DNA of 64,000 nt from an uncultured Acidobacteriaceae bacterium (GCA_963789625.1 CAWBLK010000015.1:55589-119588), one strand, 5' to 3'; counted from the first letter of the stretch, positions 28,022 through 41,874 are shown. The notes: generated by a model not told the origin, from the sequence alone. Translations and numbers: made by a program.

Positions 28022-28185
28022 GAAAAGCAGTTGCCAGTACAGCGCTGACAGCGGCACTGGCGACGCTGAAGAATTCTGAAGGAACGTTTCGCAGGGCATA
28101 GGCTCTCGGCCACTGCGAAACATAAAACTGGCACTGGAAGCTGATAGTTGGCAGCTGCCTTGAGAGCAGGAAGCGGAGGAACACC

Positions 28186-32373
<4,188 letters not shown>

Positions 32374-32389
32374 GCCAAACTACAGTAGA

Positions 32390-32440
32390 CTTCGGGGGCG
32401 AACTTAGTTGGACAAACCGTTCGCCCCCGAAGCCGTTTTT
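32390..32440 (+). terminator. Rho-independent terminator after rpoC
   Basis: 14-bp stem CTTCGGGGGCGAAC / GTTCGCCCCCGAAG with a 15-nt loop, followed by CCGTTTTT. Confidence 0.8.
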
Positions 32441-32549
32441 GGCTACTAACTAACCGATGCACGCAAACCCACAGCGATTGCACTTCGAGGAACCTTCTGA
32501 ACTTCCTTGTTTGCGTCCCGCCCCTTCTAGCCCTAAGCTATGGCCAGCG

Positions 32550-33431
32550 ATGCTTCGCTTCTTTCGCCTTTTGCGGCTGGCTTTCTGGCGTGCCTTTCAG
32601 CACGATGCCTTTTCTATTGCCAAAGCCTCCGCCTATTCCTCGATTCTTACTTTCTTTCCCGCGCTGCTGGTGGTGGGATCGGTGCTCGCTACGTCCCGCA
32701 AAGGCGCACCCTACCTGCGCGAAGTCTCCTATGCTTTGTCCCGCATTTTGCCGGCGGGCAGCAACACGGCGATGAATTTTCTACGGGACGCGTCTCAGCG
32801 GCCGGTGAGCCTGCTCGTCACGGCATCGCTGCTAACCCTGTGGACTGGCTCCGGCGTGATGATCTCGTGGATGGAAGGTTTTCGCCGTTGTTATGAACTG
32901 CCGAAAATCTGGGGCTTGGTGCAAGAGCGGATGATTTCGTTCCTGCTGGTTATTTTCGCCCTTGTTCCCATGACATTTTCCACGCTGCTGGTTGCCTTTG
33001 GCAGCAAGATCGAAACCACCATTCTGTTTTACACGGCCCACGAATTCAGCGCCTATATTCTGCTGATGTGGACCTGCCTGCGCTGGCTGATTGCCACTCT
33101 TACCAGCATTGCGGTGATTGCGCTCATCTATCACCATGCAGTCCCGCGCACGCAGCCCTGGCACAGCGTAATCCCGGGCGCAACGCTGGCCACGGCTATG
33201 TGGTTTTCTTCGACGCTGCTGTTTGGTTTCTACCTGCAACACTATGCCGATTACAGCCTCATCTACGGCTCGCTCGGAGCCGCCATCGCTCTCCTGGTCT
33301 GGATGTATATGGTTTCCCTGGTCATCCTGGTGGGCGCAGAATTCAACGCCATGCTGTTCCCGCGGGCTATGCTGGGAAAAGAGTTGACCGCGATCAATCA
33401 TGTGAGGGTGGAAGCGCGCCAGGCGAATTAA
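32550..33431 (+). CDS. YihY/BrkB-family inner-membrane protein
   Basis: FSIAKASAYSSILTFFPALLVVGSVL and the C-terminal YGSLGAAIALLVWMYMVSLVILVGAEFNA are typical of the YihY family. ATG 32550 was chosen; the ORF is open from 32457. Confidence 0.7.
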   Translation: MLRFFRLLRLAFWRAFQHDAFSIAKASAYSSILTFFPALLVVGSVLATSRKGAPYLREVSYALSRILPAGSNTAMNFLRDASQRPVSLLVTASLLTLWTGSGVMISWMEGFRRCYELPKIWGLVQERMISFLLVIFALVPMTFSTLLVAFGSKIETTILFYTAHEFSAYILLMWTCLRWLIATLTSIAVIALIYHHAVPRTQPWHSVIPGATLATAMWFSSTLLFGFYLQHYADYSLIYGSLGAAIALLVWMYMVSLVILVGAEFNAMLFPRAMLGKELTAINHVRVEARQAN

Positions 33432-33652
33432 GGGCCCTGCAGAAAAACTAGAATCCGCCGATCTTCCACTTATCGTTCATTTGTCTATCATTCATTTATC
33501 GGCGGACAAATTCCAGATGAATACCATCACATTGTTTCGTTGGCACTCGTGCAGATTAGAACTCTCAAACAAATTACAATAGTCTTCTCTAAATATTTAA
33601 GAACCACGGAACGCAACCAACTTTAACTGAATAGAGCCTCAGTCTGGAACGA

Positions 33653-35218
33653 ATGAAACTAAGCAAGCCAAAACACTCGATAGAAGCTTCCCTCGGAGAT
33701 GCTACCCCACTATCCCGCGCGCCGGGCGGAGTTCCCGCCGGCCGCCGCGCCAAGATCATTTGCACCATCGGTCCGGCCTGCCACTCTGAGGCGGCGATGC
33801 GCGACCTGCTTCGCCTCGGCATGGATGTTGCACGCCTGAACTTTTCTCACGGTACGCACGAGGACCACGCGCGCAACATCGAGCGCCTGCGCCAAGCTGC
33901 CGAAAAAGAAAATCGTACAGTTTGTATTCTGCAGGATTTACAAGGCCCCAAAATCCGCACCGGACGCCTGGAACGCCACGAACCCGTGGTGGTGAAGAGC
34001 GGTTCAACGTTGTTGATTACGCCGCGGGATATCGCCGGAACAGCGACGCGCATTTCCACCACCTTCCAGGATCTTGCCGGCGAAGTCAGCGTTGGAGCAC
34101 GCATTCTGCTGCGCGATGGTCTCATCGAATTGCGAGTGAGAACGCTGCGGGGTAAAGACGTAATCTGCGACGTGTTGAACGGCGGAAGCCTGGGCGAGCA
34201 TCAGGGCATCAACCTGCCGGGTACGGCGCTGTCGATTCCCGCGTTAACCGAAAAGGATCGCAAAGACCTTGAGTTTGGCCTGAAGCACGGTGTGGACGCA
34301 GTTGCGCTTTCCTTCGTGCGCACCGCGGCCGACGTAAACATGGTCAGGCAAATTGTGGCCGGCCTGGGTTGCGATACTCCTCTTATCTCGAAGCTGGAAA
34401 AGCCGCAGGCCATCGACAATATTGAAGAAATTCTGGAAGCGTCCGACGGCATCATGGTGGCTCGCGGCGATCTGGGTGTGGAAATGGCGCCGGAAAAAGT
34501 TCCGGTCATTCAGAAGCATGTAATCCGCCGCGCCGCAGTGTGGCGCAAGCCGGTGATCACGGCTACGCAGATGCTCGAGTCGATGATCGAAAACCCGCGG
34601 CCCACGCGCGCCGAAGCCAGCGACGTAGCCAATGCCATCTTTGATGGTTCTGATTCCGTCATGCTTTCCGCCGAAACCGCCAGCGGCCGCTATCCTCGCG
34701 AGGCCGTCGCCATGATGGCGCGCATCGTGGTCGAAGCCGAAAGCAACATGGGAGACTTTACTTCCACCCGTCGTCGCCGCGACCGTCACGGCCTCTCCGT
34801 AGCCGAGACCATTTGCGAATCCATTGCGCACGCCGCGGAAGACCTGCCCATGGGCGCGATCGCCGTTTTCACCGAAACCGGCAACACCGCTCGCATGATT
34901 TCGAAATACCGTCCGCTCGCCGCGATTTATGCCTTCACTCACAATCCGGCTGTAGCGCAGCGCACGCATCTTTATTGGGGTGTGCATCCCATAAAATGCG
35001 CGCAGGCGCTTTCCACCGAAAACATGGTGGATGTCGCCGAAAAAGAATTGCTGGGCCGCCGCTCGCTTAAGCCCGGCGACGTGCTGGGAGTGGTCGCAGG
35101 CACGCGCCAGGCTTCCGGTTCCACCAATTTCATGCGATTGCATACGGTCACGCCGGAAGAGGTGGGAGCGGCTGCTCGCTCCACTCGCAAGCGCGCGCCT
35201 ACCCGCCAAAAGCTATAA
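33653..35218 (+). CDS. pyk: Pyruvate kinase
   Basis: RRAKIICTIGPAC, VARLNFSHGTHEDH, GPKIRTG, IISKLEKPQAI-like LISKLEKPQAIDNIEEIL, MVARGDLGVEM, ATQMLESM. The true start may be downstream. Confidence 0.92.
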   Translation: MKLSKPKHSIEASLGDATPLSRAPGGVPAGRRAKIICTIGPACHSEAAMRDLLRLGMDVARLNFSHGTHEDHARNIERLRQAAEKENRTVCILQDLQGPKIRTGRLERHEPVVVKSGSTLLITPRDIAGTATRISTTFQDLAGEVSVGARILLRDGLIELRVRTLRGKDVICDVLNGGSLGEHQGINLPGTALSIPALTEKDRKDLEFGLKHGVDAVALSFVRTAADVNMVRQIVAGLGCDTPLISKLEKPQAIDNIEEILEASDGIMVARGDLGVEMAPEKVPVIQKHVIRRAAVWRKPVITATQMLESMIENPRPTRAEASDVANAIFDGSDSVMLSAETASGRYPREAVAMMARIVVEAESNMGDFTSTRRRRDRHGLSVAETICESIAHAAEDLPMGAIAVFTETGNTARMISKYRPLAAIYAFTHNPAVAQRTHLYWGVHPIKCAQALSTENMVDVAEKELLGRRSLKPGDVLGVVAGTRQASGSTNFMRLHTVTPEEVGAAARSTRKRAPTRQKL

Positions 35219-35227
35219 TCGCGGAGC

Positions 35228-35518
35228 ATGCCGCAGGAACACCTGTCCGTGGCGATCTGGGAGCCGCTGCCGAACATGGAGGAGCCGGCGCTCGCGACCA
35301 TCCGCGAACTCAATGCCATCGTCTCCCGCAAAGGATACGGCCGCGATCTTCTCTACCGCAGCGGCGAATCTCACTACATGCTGCTTCGCTATTGGAACTC
35401 CGAAGAAGCTCGCCGCTCAGCCCTGGAAGATCCCGACCTGCTTCGCTGCTGGGCGAGATTGGGAAATGAAATTCAAATTCTGAAGGTCTACGAAAAGCTG
35501 GAGGAAGTCGGGCTGTAG
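35228..35518 (+). CDS. Small ABM (antibiotic-biosynthesis-monooxygenase)-like ferredoxin-fold protein
   Basis: 96 aa containing ...HYMLLRYWNSEEARRSALEDPDLL..., resembling the ABM-domain pattern. Weak, motif-level call only. Confidence 0.4.
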   Translation: MPQEHLSVAIWEPLPNMEEPALATIRELNAIVSRKGYGRDLLYRSGESHYMLLRYWNSEEARRSALEDPDLLRCWARLGNEIQILKVYEKLEEVGL

Positions 35519-35528
35519 AAAGTCCATT

Positions 35529-36227
35529 ATGTCCACCGAATCCAGCCCGCAGGTTTTCACCGATGTCTCTTTAGACCCGTTCGTGCGCGGACTCCTGCAT
35601 CGTCCTATCACGTCCAACGGCAACGGACTCGTTCTGACTCACGGCGCGGGATCAAATTGCCAGGCTCCGCTGCTGGTTGCCTTAGCGGAGACTTTCGCCG
35701 ATGCAGGTTTCACCGTGCTGCGCTGCGATCTCCCCTACCGTCAGGATCGGTCCTTCGGCCCGCCGGGGCCTGGCGATGCCAAGCGCGATCGCGCCGGACT
35801 GAAGAATGCGGCCGTAGTGCTCAGTAATATTGTGCGCGGGCGGATTTTTCTTGGCGGCCATTCCTACGGCGGACGCCAAGCCAGCATGCTATGCGCCGAA
35901 TTAGCTGAAAAATCCGCCACGGAATCCCAGAAGTTGGCTGCTGGCCTGCTTCTTCTGTCTTATCCTCTGCACCCGCCGCGCAAAACCGAACAGCTGCGCA
36001 CGCAGCATTTCTTCCATCTGCAGACTCCGGCTTTGTTCGTCCAGGGCACGCGCGATCCTTTCGGATCGATCGCGGAAATCGAGCAAGCTTTAAAACTGAT
36101 TCCGGCGAAGACGAAGTTGCTGACGGTCGAAGGCGCAGGTCACGATTTAGGATTAAAAGGAAAAGCGAAACGGGGAGAATTGACAGAGAAAGTACTGGCG
36201 GAATTCCAAGTGTTTTTCAAAGATTGA
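35529..36227 (+). CDS. Alpha/beta-fold hydrolase (dienelactone-hydrolase-like)
   Basis: Nucleophile elbow FLGGHSYGGRQAS, plus the downstream acid and His regions GTRDPF and GAGHDL. Confidence 0.65.
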   Translation: MSTESSPQVFTDVSLDPFVRGLLHRPITSNGNGLVLTHGAGSNCQAPLLVALAETFADAGFTVLRCDLPYRQDRSFGPPGPGDAKRDRAGLKNAAVVLSNIVRGRIFLGGHSYGGRQASMLCAELAEKSATESQKLAAGLLLLSYPLHPPRKTEQLRTQHFFHLQTPALFVQGTRDPFGSIAEIEQALKLIPAKTKLLTVEGAGHDLGLKGKAKRGELTEKVLAEFQVFFKD

Positions 36228-36292
36228 TTTCCGCTTTGTGATCCGTGTAAATCCACAAAAATCCGTGGCTAAATAAAACCCGTGGCCACAGC

Positions 36293-37114
36293 CTAATTCA
36301 CCCACCCCGACTTCGTCCCACCGTTTCCCTTGCGCGGATCGTCATCCGGCGGAATGTAATTGCCGTGCTCGTCGAAGTGGACGTCGCGATCGTGTTTGCG
36401 CATGTAGACTTCAAACTTCTTTGCCGCTTTCCGCCGCTTCCATCGGTAATAGGAATTATTCAGCCCGTAATACCACTCCGAAAGCGAAAACCGTCCCGAC
36501 ATGCCGCGCGAGGGCGCAAACTTCACGTATAAATATCCAAAAAACAAACCGCCCAGGTGAGCCATGTAGGCCGTGCCGCCACCGCCGCTGATGGCGAACG
36601 CCACCGTCACGACAATCAGGATCAGCACAAAATATTTTGCCTTGATCAGGAAGGGGAACGGAATCATCATGATTTCGTTCTCGCCAAACACCATGCCGAA
36701 AGCCATCAGAATGGCAAAGACTCCGCCGGAAGCGCCTACCGTCCCACCATCAGGAGTAATCAGAATGTGCGCAAAAGCCAGAACGATTGTGGTGAGCGCG
36801 GCTCCGATCACTCCCACAAAAAACAGTTCGAGAAAGCGCCGCATTCCCCAGGCTGCTTCAAAAGTCGAGCCGAACATCCAGATGCCAAGCATGTTCCCAA
36901 ACCAATGCCAGAAGCCCACATGAATAAAGCTATAAGTGACAAGCTGCCAGATCGCGAAGTGGAATACCACGGTCCGGGGCACGAGGCCGAGATTGGCATA
37001 CACCCACTCGATACCCCCGCGTGACCCGAACGCAGTCAGCCCAAGAAAGACCGCCGTATTGATTGCCAGCAGCCAGATCACCGCCCGCGTGAAGGGCGGG
37101 AAGCTCAACGTCAT
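36293..37114 (-). CDS. Rhomboid-family intramembrane serine protease
   Basis: Six or more TM helices, catalytic GASGGVFAILMAFG (GxSG) and HLGGLFFGYLY (His), plus the upstream WHWFGNM-type motif. ATG 37114 was chosen; a TTG at 37135 is also possible. Confidence 0.85.
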   Translation of the reverse strand: MTLSFPPFTRAVIWLLAINTAVFLGLTAFGSRGGIEWVYANLGLVPRTVVFHFAIWQLVTYSFIHVGFWHWFGNMLGIWMFGSTFEAAWGMRRFLELFFVGVIGAALTTIVLAFAHILITPDGGTVGASGGVFAILMAFGMVFGENEIMMIPFPFLIKAKYFVLILIVVTVAFAISGGGGTAYMAHLGGLFFGYLYVKFAPSRGMSGRFSLSEWYYGLNNSYYRWKRRKAAKKFEVYMRKHDRDVHFDEHGNYIPPDDDPRKGNGGTKSGWVN

Positions 37115-37170
37115 TTCTCGACCGCGACTGCGCAAGATAGCACGCTCCCCTTAGCAGTAGATACCCAAAC

Positions 37171-38604
37171 TCAGCGTTCCGGCAAGGGCACCACCGGCAC
37201 GCTCTGGTGCCCCTGGGCATCCACGGCCCTCACCGCAAAGATGACATTATCCTTCGAAAGTTGCAGCGTAAAACGGGTGACATTGCCAACCTTTTGGACG
37301 TACTCCCATTCCGGACTGGTCGTGGCCCGCCATAGGACCTCGTATCCCGTCGCCAACCCTCCCGGGGACGCCTCCCAAGTGAGCGTCGAATCATTCTCCA
37401 GATCCTTCGCCAGTAGATGTACATTGGCCGGCGGCGCTGGAGCCGCTGCCAACGACGCCAGCGTGGCCGCATTCAGCCGCGCCACATGCGCTACATAGTC
37501 GAAGTCGACAAACTTCTCCAGGTCGCCATATTGGATGCCGTTCTCAACCCGCACGTTCTGGTGCTGGTGATGGAAGTCCTCGCGAAATTCGGTGAAACGC
37601 ACCGCGGCAAATCCCTGCTGGTTAAATGAATAGTGATCGCCGCCGCGCAGATACCGGTCCAACCGGAAGACCAGCAACGGCTTCACGCCTATATCGCTCT
37701 TATAGGCCCGGCCCACATCGGCGATGTAACGTGCCAGTTGCCGTGATCCGGAATCGTTCTCTCCGCCGAGTCCGCGAATCCGGCGGATCTCCTGCTCCGT
37801 GGCTGCGGCGGGCAGGCCCTCGGAAAATACGCGCACCACGGAATGATCTTGTTCCGCGCTCTTATCGCCGCCGACAATATCGTTATTCAGCACGGCCTCG
37901 AGATTCCAGCCCTGCTCTTTGGCCATTTTTTCTTTGACCATCTTCGCGAAGTGCGAGCTTCCGTTCAGCCCCTGCTCCTCACCGGCAACAGTCAGAAAAA
38001 TAATCGTCGCCGGGAACTTCAGCTTGCTCAAAACTCGCGCGCATTCCAAGCTGACCGCAGTTCCGCTGCCATCATCGTTTGCCCCCGGAGCGTCGGCCTT
38101 CACGTCGAGGTCATCGCTGGGACGTGAATCGTAGTGACCGGTCACCAGCACGATGCGCTTCGCGTTCTCCGCATCCGTGCCTTTCAATACCGCATAAACA
38201 TTGGTGATTACGGTGGGCTGAGGAATACGATCGGCAGCCGGCTCGGTGAAGCTGTCGGTCTTTACCTCCAGACAGCCGCCGCAGTCTTTGGAGTAGCGCT
38301 CCAACTCCGATTTGATCCACTCCCTCGCCGCGCCAACTCCGCGTCCGGCGGCGATCGACTCCGGGTCCTGCGCGGAAATTGTCAACCGCGTCCCGAAGCT
38401 CACAAGCTTCTCAATATTCGCCCGAATGCGTTCCGCCGAAACCTGCTGTAGCGCGGACACAATGCGGCCGTCAACAGCCATGGGCTCTATGCTGGTGTTA
38501 CGCGGATTCGATTCTGCGGGGCCCTGAGCGAGCGCTCCCGCACCGAGAATCAACACGAGTGTAATGACGAAAAAACACGATCTTCCCCTGAGCGTAGAAA
38601 TCAC
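37171..38604 (-). CDS. Secreted M28-family aminopeptidase with C-terminal fibronectin-III-like domain
   Basis: Signal peptide, then metal ligand regions VLVTGHYDSRPSD, APGANDDGSGTAVSLECARVL and FLTVAGEEQGLNGS. The C-terminus ...LTWEASPGGLATGYEVLWR... is FN3-like. Confidence 0.8.
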   Translation of the reverse strand: MISTLRGRSCFFVITLVLILGAGALAQGPAESNPRNTSIEPMAVDGRIVSALQQVSAERIRANIEKLVSFGTRLTISAQDPESIAAGRGVGAAREWIKSELERYSKDCGGCLEVKTDSFTEPAADRIPQPTVITNVYAVLKGTDAENAKRIVLVTGHYDSRPSDDLDVKADAPGANDDGSGTAVSLECARVLSKLKFPATIIFLTVAGEEQGLNGSSHFAKMVKEKMAKEQGWNLEAVLNNDIVGGDKSAEQDHSVVRVFSEGLPAAATEQEIRRIRGLGGENDSGSRQLARYIADVGRAYKSDIGVKPLLVFRLDRYLRGGDHYSFNQQGFAAVRFTEFREDFHHQHQNVRVENGIQYGDLEKFVDFDYVAHVARLNAATLASLAAAPAPPANVHLLAKDLENDSTLTWEASPGGLATGYEVLWRATTSPEWEYVQKVGNVTRFTLQLSKDNVIFAVRAVDAQGHQSVPVVPLPER

Positions 38605-38685
38605 GTCCCCTCCATCGCAAGAAATGTCAAGGCTGGCAGCGGTTCCCGCCGGATGAAAAATTTCATCATCTACAGTCCCCGCCCC

Positions 38686-38714
38686 TTGACCTCCGGCGGG
38701 GAAGAATCTAAATA
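38686..38714 (+). promoter_or_regulatory. Candidate sigma70-type promoter for the zinc-ribbon gene
   Basis: TTGACC (38686..38691), exactly 17 nt of spacer, then TAAATA (38709..38714), ~50 nt upstream of ATG 38763. Consensus match only. Confidence 0.25.
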
Positions 38715-38762
38715 TTATCAGTGGTATCTAAGGATGGTATCGAATGCGCCCGTGGAGGAGTC

Positions 38763-38960
38763 ATGGTTCTTTGTCCTGAATGTGAAACCGATCTGGATGT
38801 CGAGGAAGAAGAGGTCGACGAAGGCGAAATTGTTTCTTGCCCGGAGTGTGGCACAGACTTCGAGGTAGTGACCACCAGCCCGCTTGAGCTGAAAGCAGTC
38901 GAAGAGGGCTACGTGGAAGAGGAAGAAGAAGTGGAGACCGAAGACGGTGACGACGCGTAG
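38763..38960 (+). CDS. LysW-like zinc-ribbon protein with a poly-acidic tail
   Basis: A GGAGG Shine-Dalgarno site precedes ATG 38763. Sequence MVLCPECETDLDVEEEEVDEGEIVSCPECGTDFEVVTTSPLELKAVEEGYVEEEEEVETEDGDDA has CxxC...CxxC plus an acidic C-terminus. It lacks the terminal EDWGE of genuine LysW. Confidence 0.55.
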   Translation: MVLCPECETDLDVEEEEVDEGEIVSCPECGTDFEVVTTSPLELKAVEEGYVEEEEEVETEDGDDA

Positions 38961-39393
38961 CGCTCGCGGCGCTCGTTTCCCCGCACGGCGACCCTTCTTT
39001 TGCCTCTTGCTTGCGTTTGTCTTTTCAGCTCTGAATCCTCATGTCTTACCAGTGGCGAATGCCGTTCCCGCGGACAAGAATCTAAAACCGACGGATCCCT
39101 ATGCTCTCATTTTTGGCACGGTCTGGGGACCGGATGCTCGCCCCGTCTATGGCGTAAAAATAAATATTCGCCGCGCGGCAGACAAAAAGCCAAAGTGGCA
39201 GCTCTATTCCGATCACTCCGGCGAATTCGCCCAGCGCGTTGCCGCCGGCAAGAATGACTACGTCGTGGGAGCCGATCTCAAAGGCGTCAAGACTGCCGAA
39301 GGACATCGCTTGCATCTGGTGGAAGAGGTTCCGGTCCACGTAGAGTATGATGAACGCGTGGATATTGGCCTGCACCTCGCTCTGGACAAGTAA
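38947..39393 (+). CDS. Small secreted protein, carboxypeptidase-regulatory-like fold
   Basis: Signal peptide FFCLLLAFVFSALNPHVLPVANA, then IFGTVWGPDARPVYGVKINIRR...YSDHSGEFAQRV. Overlaps the preceding gene by 14 nt. Confidence 0.5.
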   Translation: MTTRSARGARFPARRPFFCLLLAFVFSALNPHVLPVANAVPADKNLKPTDPYALIFGTVWGPDARPVYGVKINIRRAADKKPKWQLYSDHSGEFAQRVAAGKNDYVVGADLKGVKTAEGHRLHLVEEVPVHVEYDERVDIGLHLALDK

Positions 39394-39442
39394 AGAAAAG
39401 TAAACGAAGATTCAGCGGCGAAGAGGAAAAGCCGTAGCACGA

Positions 39443-39841
39443 TTGCTCAACCACATAGCCATGACCGCTAGATCATTGATTGCTAGAGCATCGATTAAGA
39501 GCACTTTCCTTATCGCCTGTTCGCTCCTCCTCGTCTTGTCCGTAACCGCCCACGCCGGCGACAAAGATAAATCACTGGGCAAACTGCTCTTCGGCAAAGT
39601 ACTCGATCAGCAGGACAATCCCGTGGTTGGCGCCATTGTTTACCTGACGAACACGCGCACCCACGCCGTGAAGAGCTATATCGTCGGACAGGATGGCACC
39701 TACCGTTTCCCAGCGCTCTCGGCCACAGTGGACTACGAGGTCTATGCCCAGCACAACAAGGGCAAGAGCGACACCAAATCCGTGAGCCAGTTCGATGACC
39801 GATCCCAGGTCTATATCGATCTGAAGATTGATACGCGTTAA
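39443..39841 (+). CDS. Small secreted carboxypeptidase-regulatory-like domain protein
   Basis: Signal peptide, then LFGKVLDQQDNPVVGAIVYLTNTRTHAVKSYIVGQDGTYRFPALSATVDYEVYA (the CarboxypepD_reg pattern). Confidence 0.6.
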   Translation: MLNHIAMTARSLIARASIKSTFLIACSLLLVLSVTAHAGDKDKSLGKLLFGKVLDQQDNPVVGAIVYLTNTRTHAVKSYIVGQDGTYRFPALSATVDYEVYAQHNKGKSDTKSVSQFDDRSQVYIDLKIDTR

Positions 39842-39938
39842 GATCGACACGCGCTAAGATCGCCTACGGCCCGCGAAAAGTGGCTGGCCTCCATGCAACT
39901 TTTTGCCGCCACAAGGGTTCAATAGTTAAAGATGTTTC

Positions 39939-40553
39939 TTGTGTGGGAGGAGAACCTTGAAAGTATCGCGCTTATTTCACAATAAGAATCGCCGCGCTGT
40001 GGCTACTGGAACATTGTTCGCAAGCCTGATTTTGACCGCCGTTTGGGCTGTTGCTCAAGGCGGAGCCATGAGCCCTTATCAGGGCGAAGGCGATGGTGTC
40101 AGCGCCGGCGGCAAGTGGATGGAGTTCCGTTCGGAAGACAAGATGACCGGCGCGAAGAAAGTCCGGTTTGAACTGCTCTCGAACAATTATCTGCGGGAAG
40201 ACCCGGACTACAAACCGAGGGTCGAACTCGTGTGCACTAACGGCAAATACGATCACGCCTCCTTCAACCCCGGCGCCCGCCTGGGAAGCCCGGATTATCC
40301 TGGCTTCTGGGGCCAGCCGAAGATGGAGGTTTTGGTCCGCATCGATGGGAGCCACGACCATAAAGGCTGGAATTGGGAGCGCGACCGCTTCCTCTCAATG
40401 GATAAGGGCACGATCCGTGGTGCTATCGGAGCTGAGGTCTTCAATGTGGAAGTGAAGACCAGGACCGGTTACGCGATCGCAGAGTTCTCACCGGCCGGCG
40501 TGAATTTGGACGAGGTGAAGCACGCCTGCGATATCACTCCACATAAGCCGTAA
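39939..40553 (+). CDS. Secreted hypothetical protein
   Basis: 204-aa ORF with signal-like GTLFASLILTAVWAVAQG. No recognised domain. The start may be TTG 39957, after a GGGAGGAG Shine-Dalgarno site. Confidence 0.5.
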   Translation: MCGRRTLKVSRLFHNKNRRAVATGTLFASLILTAVWAVAQGGAMSPYQGEGDGVSAGGKWMEFRSEDKMTGAKKVRFELLSNNYLREDPDYKPRVELVCTNGKYDHASFNPGARLGSPDYPGFWGQPKMEVLVRIDGSHDHKGWNWERDRFLSMDKGTIRGAIGAEVFNVEVKTRTGYAIAEFSPAGVNLDEVKHACDITPHKP

Positions 40554-40582
40554 GCAAAATTCGTCGATTGCGCGCCATGAAG

Positions 40583-40613
40583 GGCTGAGCCTACTGCGGG
40601 CTCAGCCTTTTTT
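40583..40613 (+). terminator. Rho-independent terminator
   Basis: GGCTGAGCC-tactgcg-GGCTCAGCC followed by TTTTTT. Confidence 0.8.
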
Positions 40614-40746
40614 GTTGTCAGGCAAAAAATTCGTGACCTTGGCGCTGCCCGTCAGTTACTTGCGCGGCTGGCGCATCTGCTGTTTTATTGGTGTCAGTCC
40701 TGCGGTTGAGATTCTGCGGTGACAGGCAGGCGAGGACCTAATCAAG

Positions 40747-41328
40747 ATGGGCAGCAACGTAATCACTGGCGCGGCGTTTCTGCTGTTTGTGGTGGGAGTG
40801 CTGGTCTATATCGTCATCCTCTACAACGAACTGGTACGGTTGCGCAACGACAACGACCGCGCATGGGCCAACATCGATGTGCTGCTCAAGCAGCGCCACG
40901 ACGAGATCCCCAATCTCGTGGAGACAGTGAAGGGGTACATGCAGCACGAGCAGCAGACGCTGCTGGCCGTGACGCAAGCACGGGCCGCCTCGATGAACGC
41001 GGCCAGCATCACGCAGAAGGCTACGGCTGAATTGACGATGACGGTAGCGCTGCGCGGGCTGTTCGCCGTGGCGGAAAATTATCCGCAGCTTAAGGCGAAC
41101 GAAAACTTTCTCAAGCTGCAGGCGCGCATCAGCGAACTGGAAGAGCGCATCGCCGACCGCCGTGAGTTCTTCAACGATGACGTCAACACCTACAACACCC
41201 GCATCGGCCAGATCCCCGAAGTATTTGTGGCCAGCTTCATGGAACTGAAACCGCGTGCTTTCTTCAAAGTGTCCGATGAAGATCGCAAGCTGGTGGAGGT
41301 AAAGTTCCAGGGTGCGGCGGGAGCATAG
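40747..41328 (+). CDS. lemA: LemA-family membrane protein
   Basis: N-terminal TM followed by YNELVRLRNDNDRAWANIDVLLKQRHDEIPNLVETVKGY...AVAENYPQLKANENFLKLQ, the LemA signature. Confidence 0.85.
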   Translation: MGSNVITGAAFLLFVVGVLVYIVILYNELVRLRNDNDRAWANIDVLLKQRHDEIPNLVETVKGYMQHEQQTLLAVTQARAASMNAASITQKATAELTMTVALRGLFAVAENYPQLKANENFLKLQARISELEERIADRREFFNDDVNTYNTRIGQIPEVFVASFMELKPRAFFKVSDEDRKLVEVKFQGAAGA

Positions 41329-41400
41329 AATTCTTTCGTGGATTGCGTTCTTGAAGTTTCTTCTGCTCGCCAAACCAGGAGTTCTGTTAGCGTAGGAGCC

Positions 41401-41874
41401 ATGCGTCCCCAGCCCCTCATCTGTGTCACGGATGTCGAAGCCAGCAGCCGGTGGTATCAGCGACTGCTGGGCTGCCGCGGGACTCACGGCGGCAAGCAAT
41501 ATGAGCAACTGGTGATGGATGGCCGGCTGATCCTGCAATTGCACAGCTTCGAAGTCGAACATCATCACGGCCCCATCGGCAATCGCGCCGACAGACCCTA
41601 CGGCAATGGTGTGCTTCTCTGGTTCGAGGTGGATGACTTCGACGCGGTAATGCAGCGTGCCGTTGAAATGGGTGTCGAGATCGCGCGGCCTCGCCATCGC
41701 AACCCTCCCGATGATGACGACGGCGGCCCCAACCATTGGGAGTGTTGGATGCGGGTGGCGAGTCGGGGAGAGCACGAGCCTTATCAGCATCCGCGGCGAC
41801 ATACCCTACGGATTGGTGAGATTCACTGTTGGGAGGTGGATGATTGCGACCCGGAATGGCTGCTGAAGAAATGA
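41401..41874 (+). CDS. VOC (glyoxalase/bleomycin-resistance)-family protein
   Basis: MRPQPLICVTDVEASSRWYQRLLG...LILQLH...GVLLWFEVDDFDAVMQRAVEMGVEI fits the VOC beta-alpha-beta pattern. The C-terminal ~40 aa look atypical and may hide another indel. Confidence 0.5.
   Translation: MRPQPLICVTDVEASSRWYQRLLGCRGTHGGKQYEQLVMDGRLILQLHSFEVEHHHGPIGNRADRPYGNGVLLWFEVDDFDAVMQRAVEMGVEIARPRHRNPPDDDDGGPNHWECWMRVASRGEHEPYQHPRRHTLRIGEIHCWEVDDCDPEWLLKK

Noticed and set aside
34244-35209. 321-aa minus-strand ORF inside pyk. Similar antisense ORFs occur in gltX/glnS (301..810, 1897..2373, 2443..3304), the TonB receptor (12249..12893, 12990..13604, 14232..14870), the GloVer gene (15091..15693), mutS2 (45244..45927), dnaG (49881..50381) and dnaB (57958..58464, 58744..59463).
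   Set aside because: Each lies opposite a gene with clear family motifs and has no motifs of its own.
38763-38960. Calling the zinc-ribbon protein a genuine LysW amino-group carrier for lysine or arginine biosynthesis.
   Set aside because: It lacks the C-terminal EDWGE/Glu attachment motif and has no LysX/Y/Z/J/K neighbours. Only the general zinc-ribbon plus acidic-tail architecture matches.
40738-41802. 354-aa minus-strand ORF spanning lemA and the VOC gene.
   Set aside because: The plus-strand genes carry family signatures (LemA, VOC). The minus-strand translation has none.
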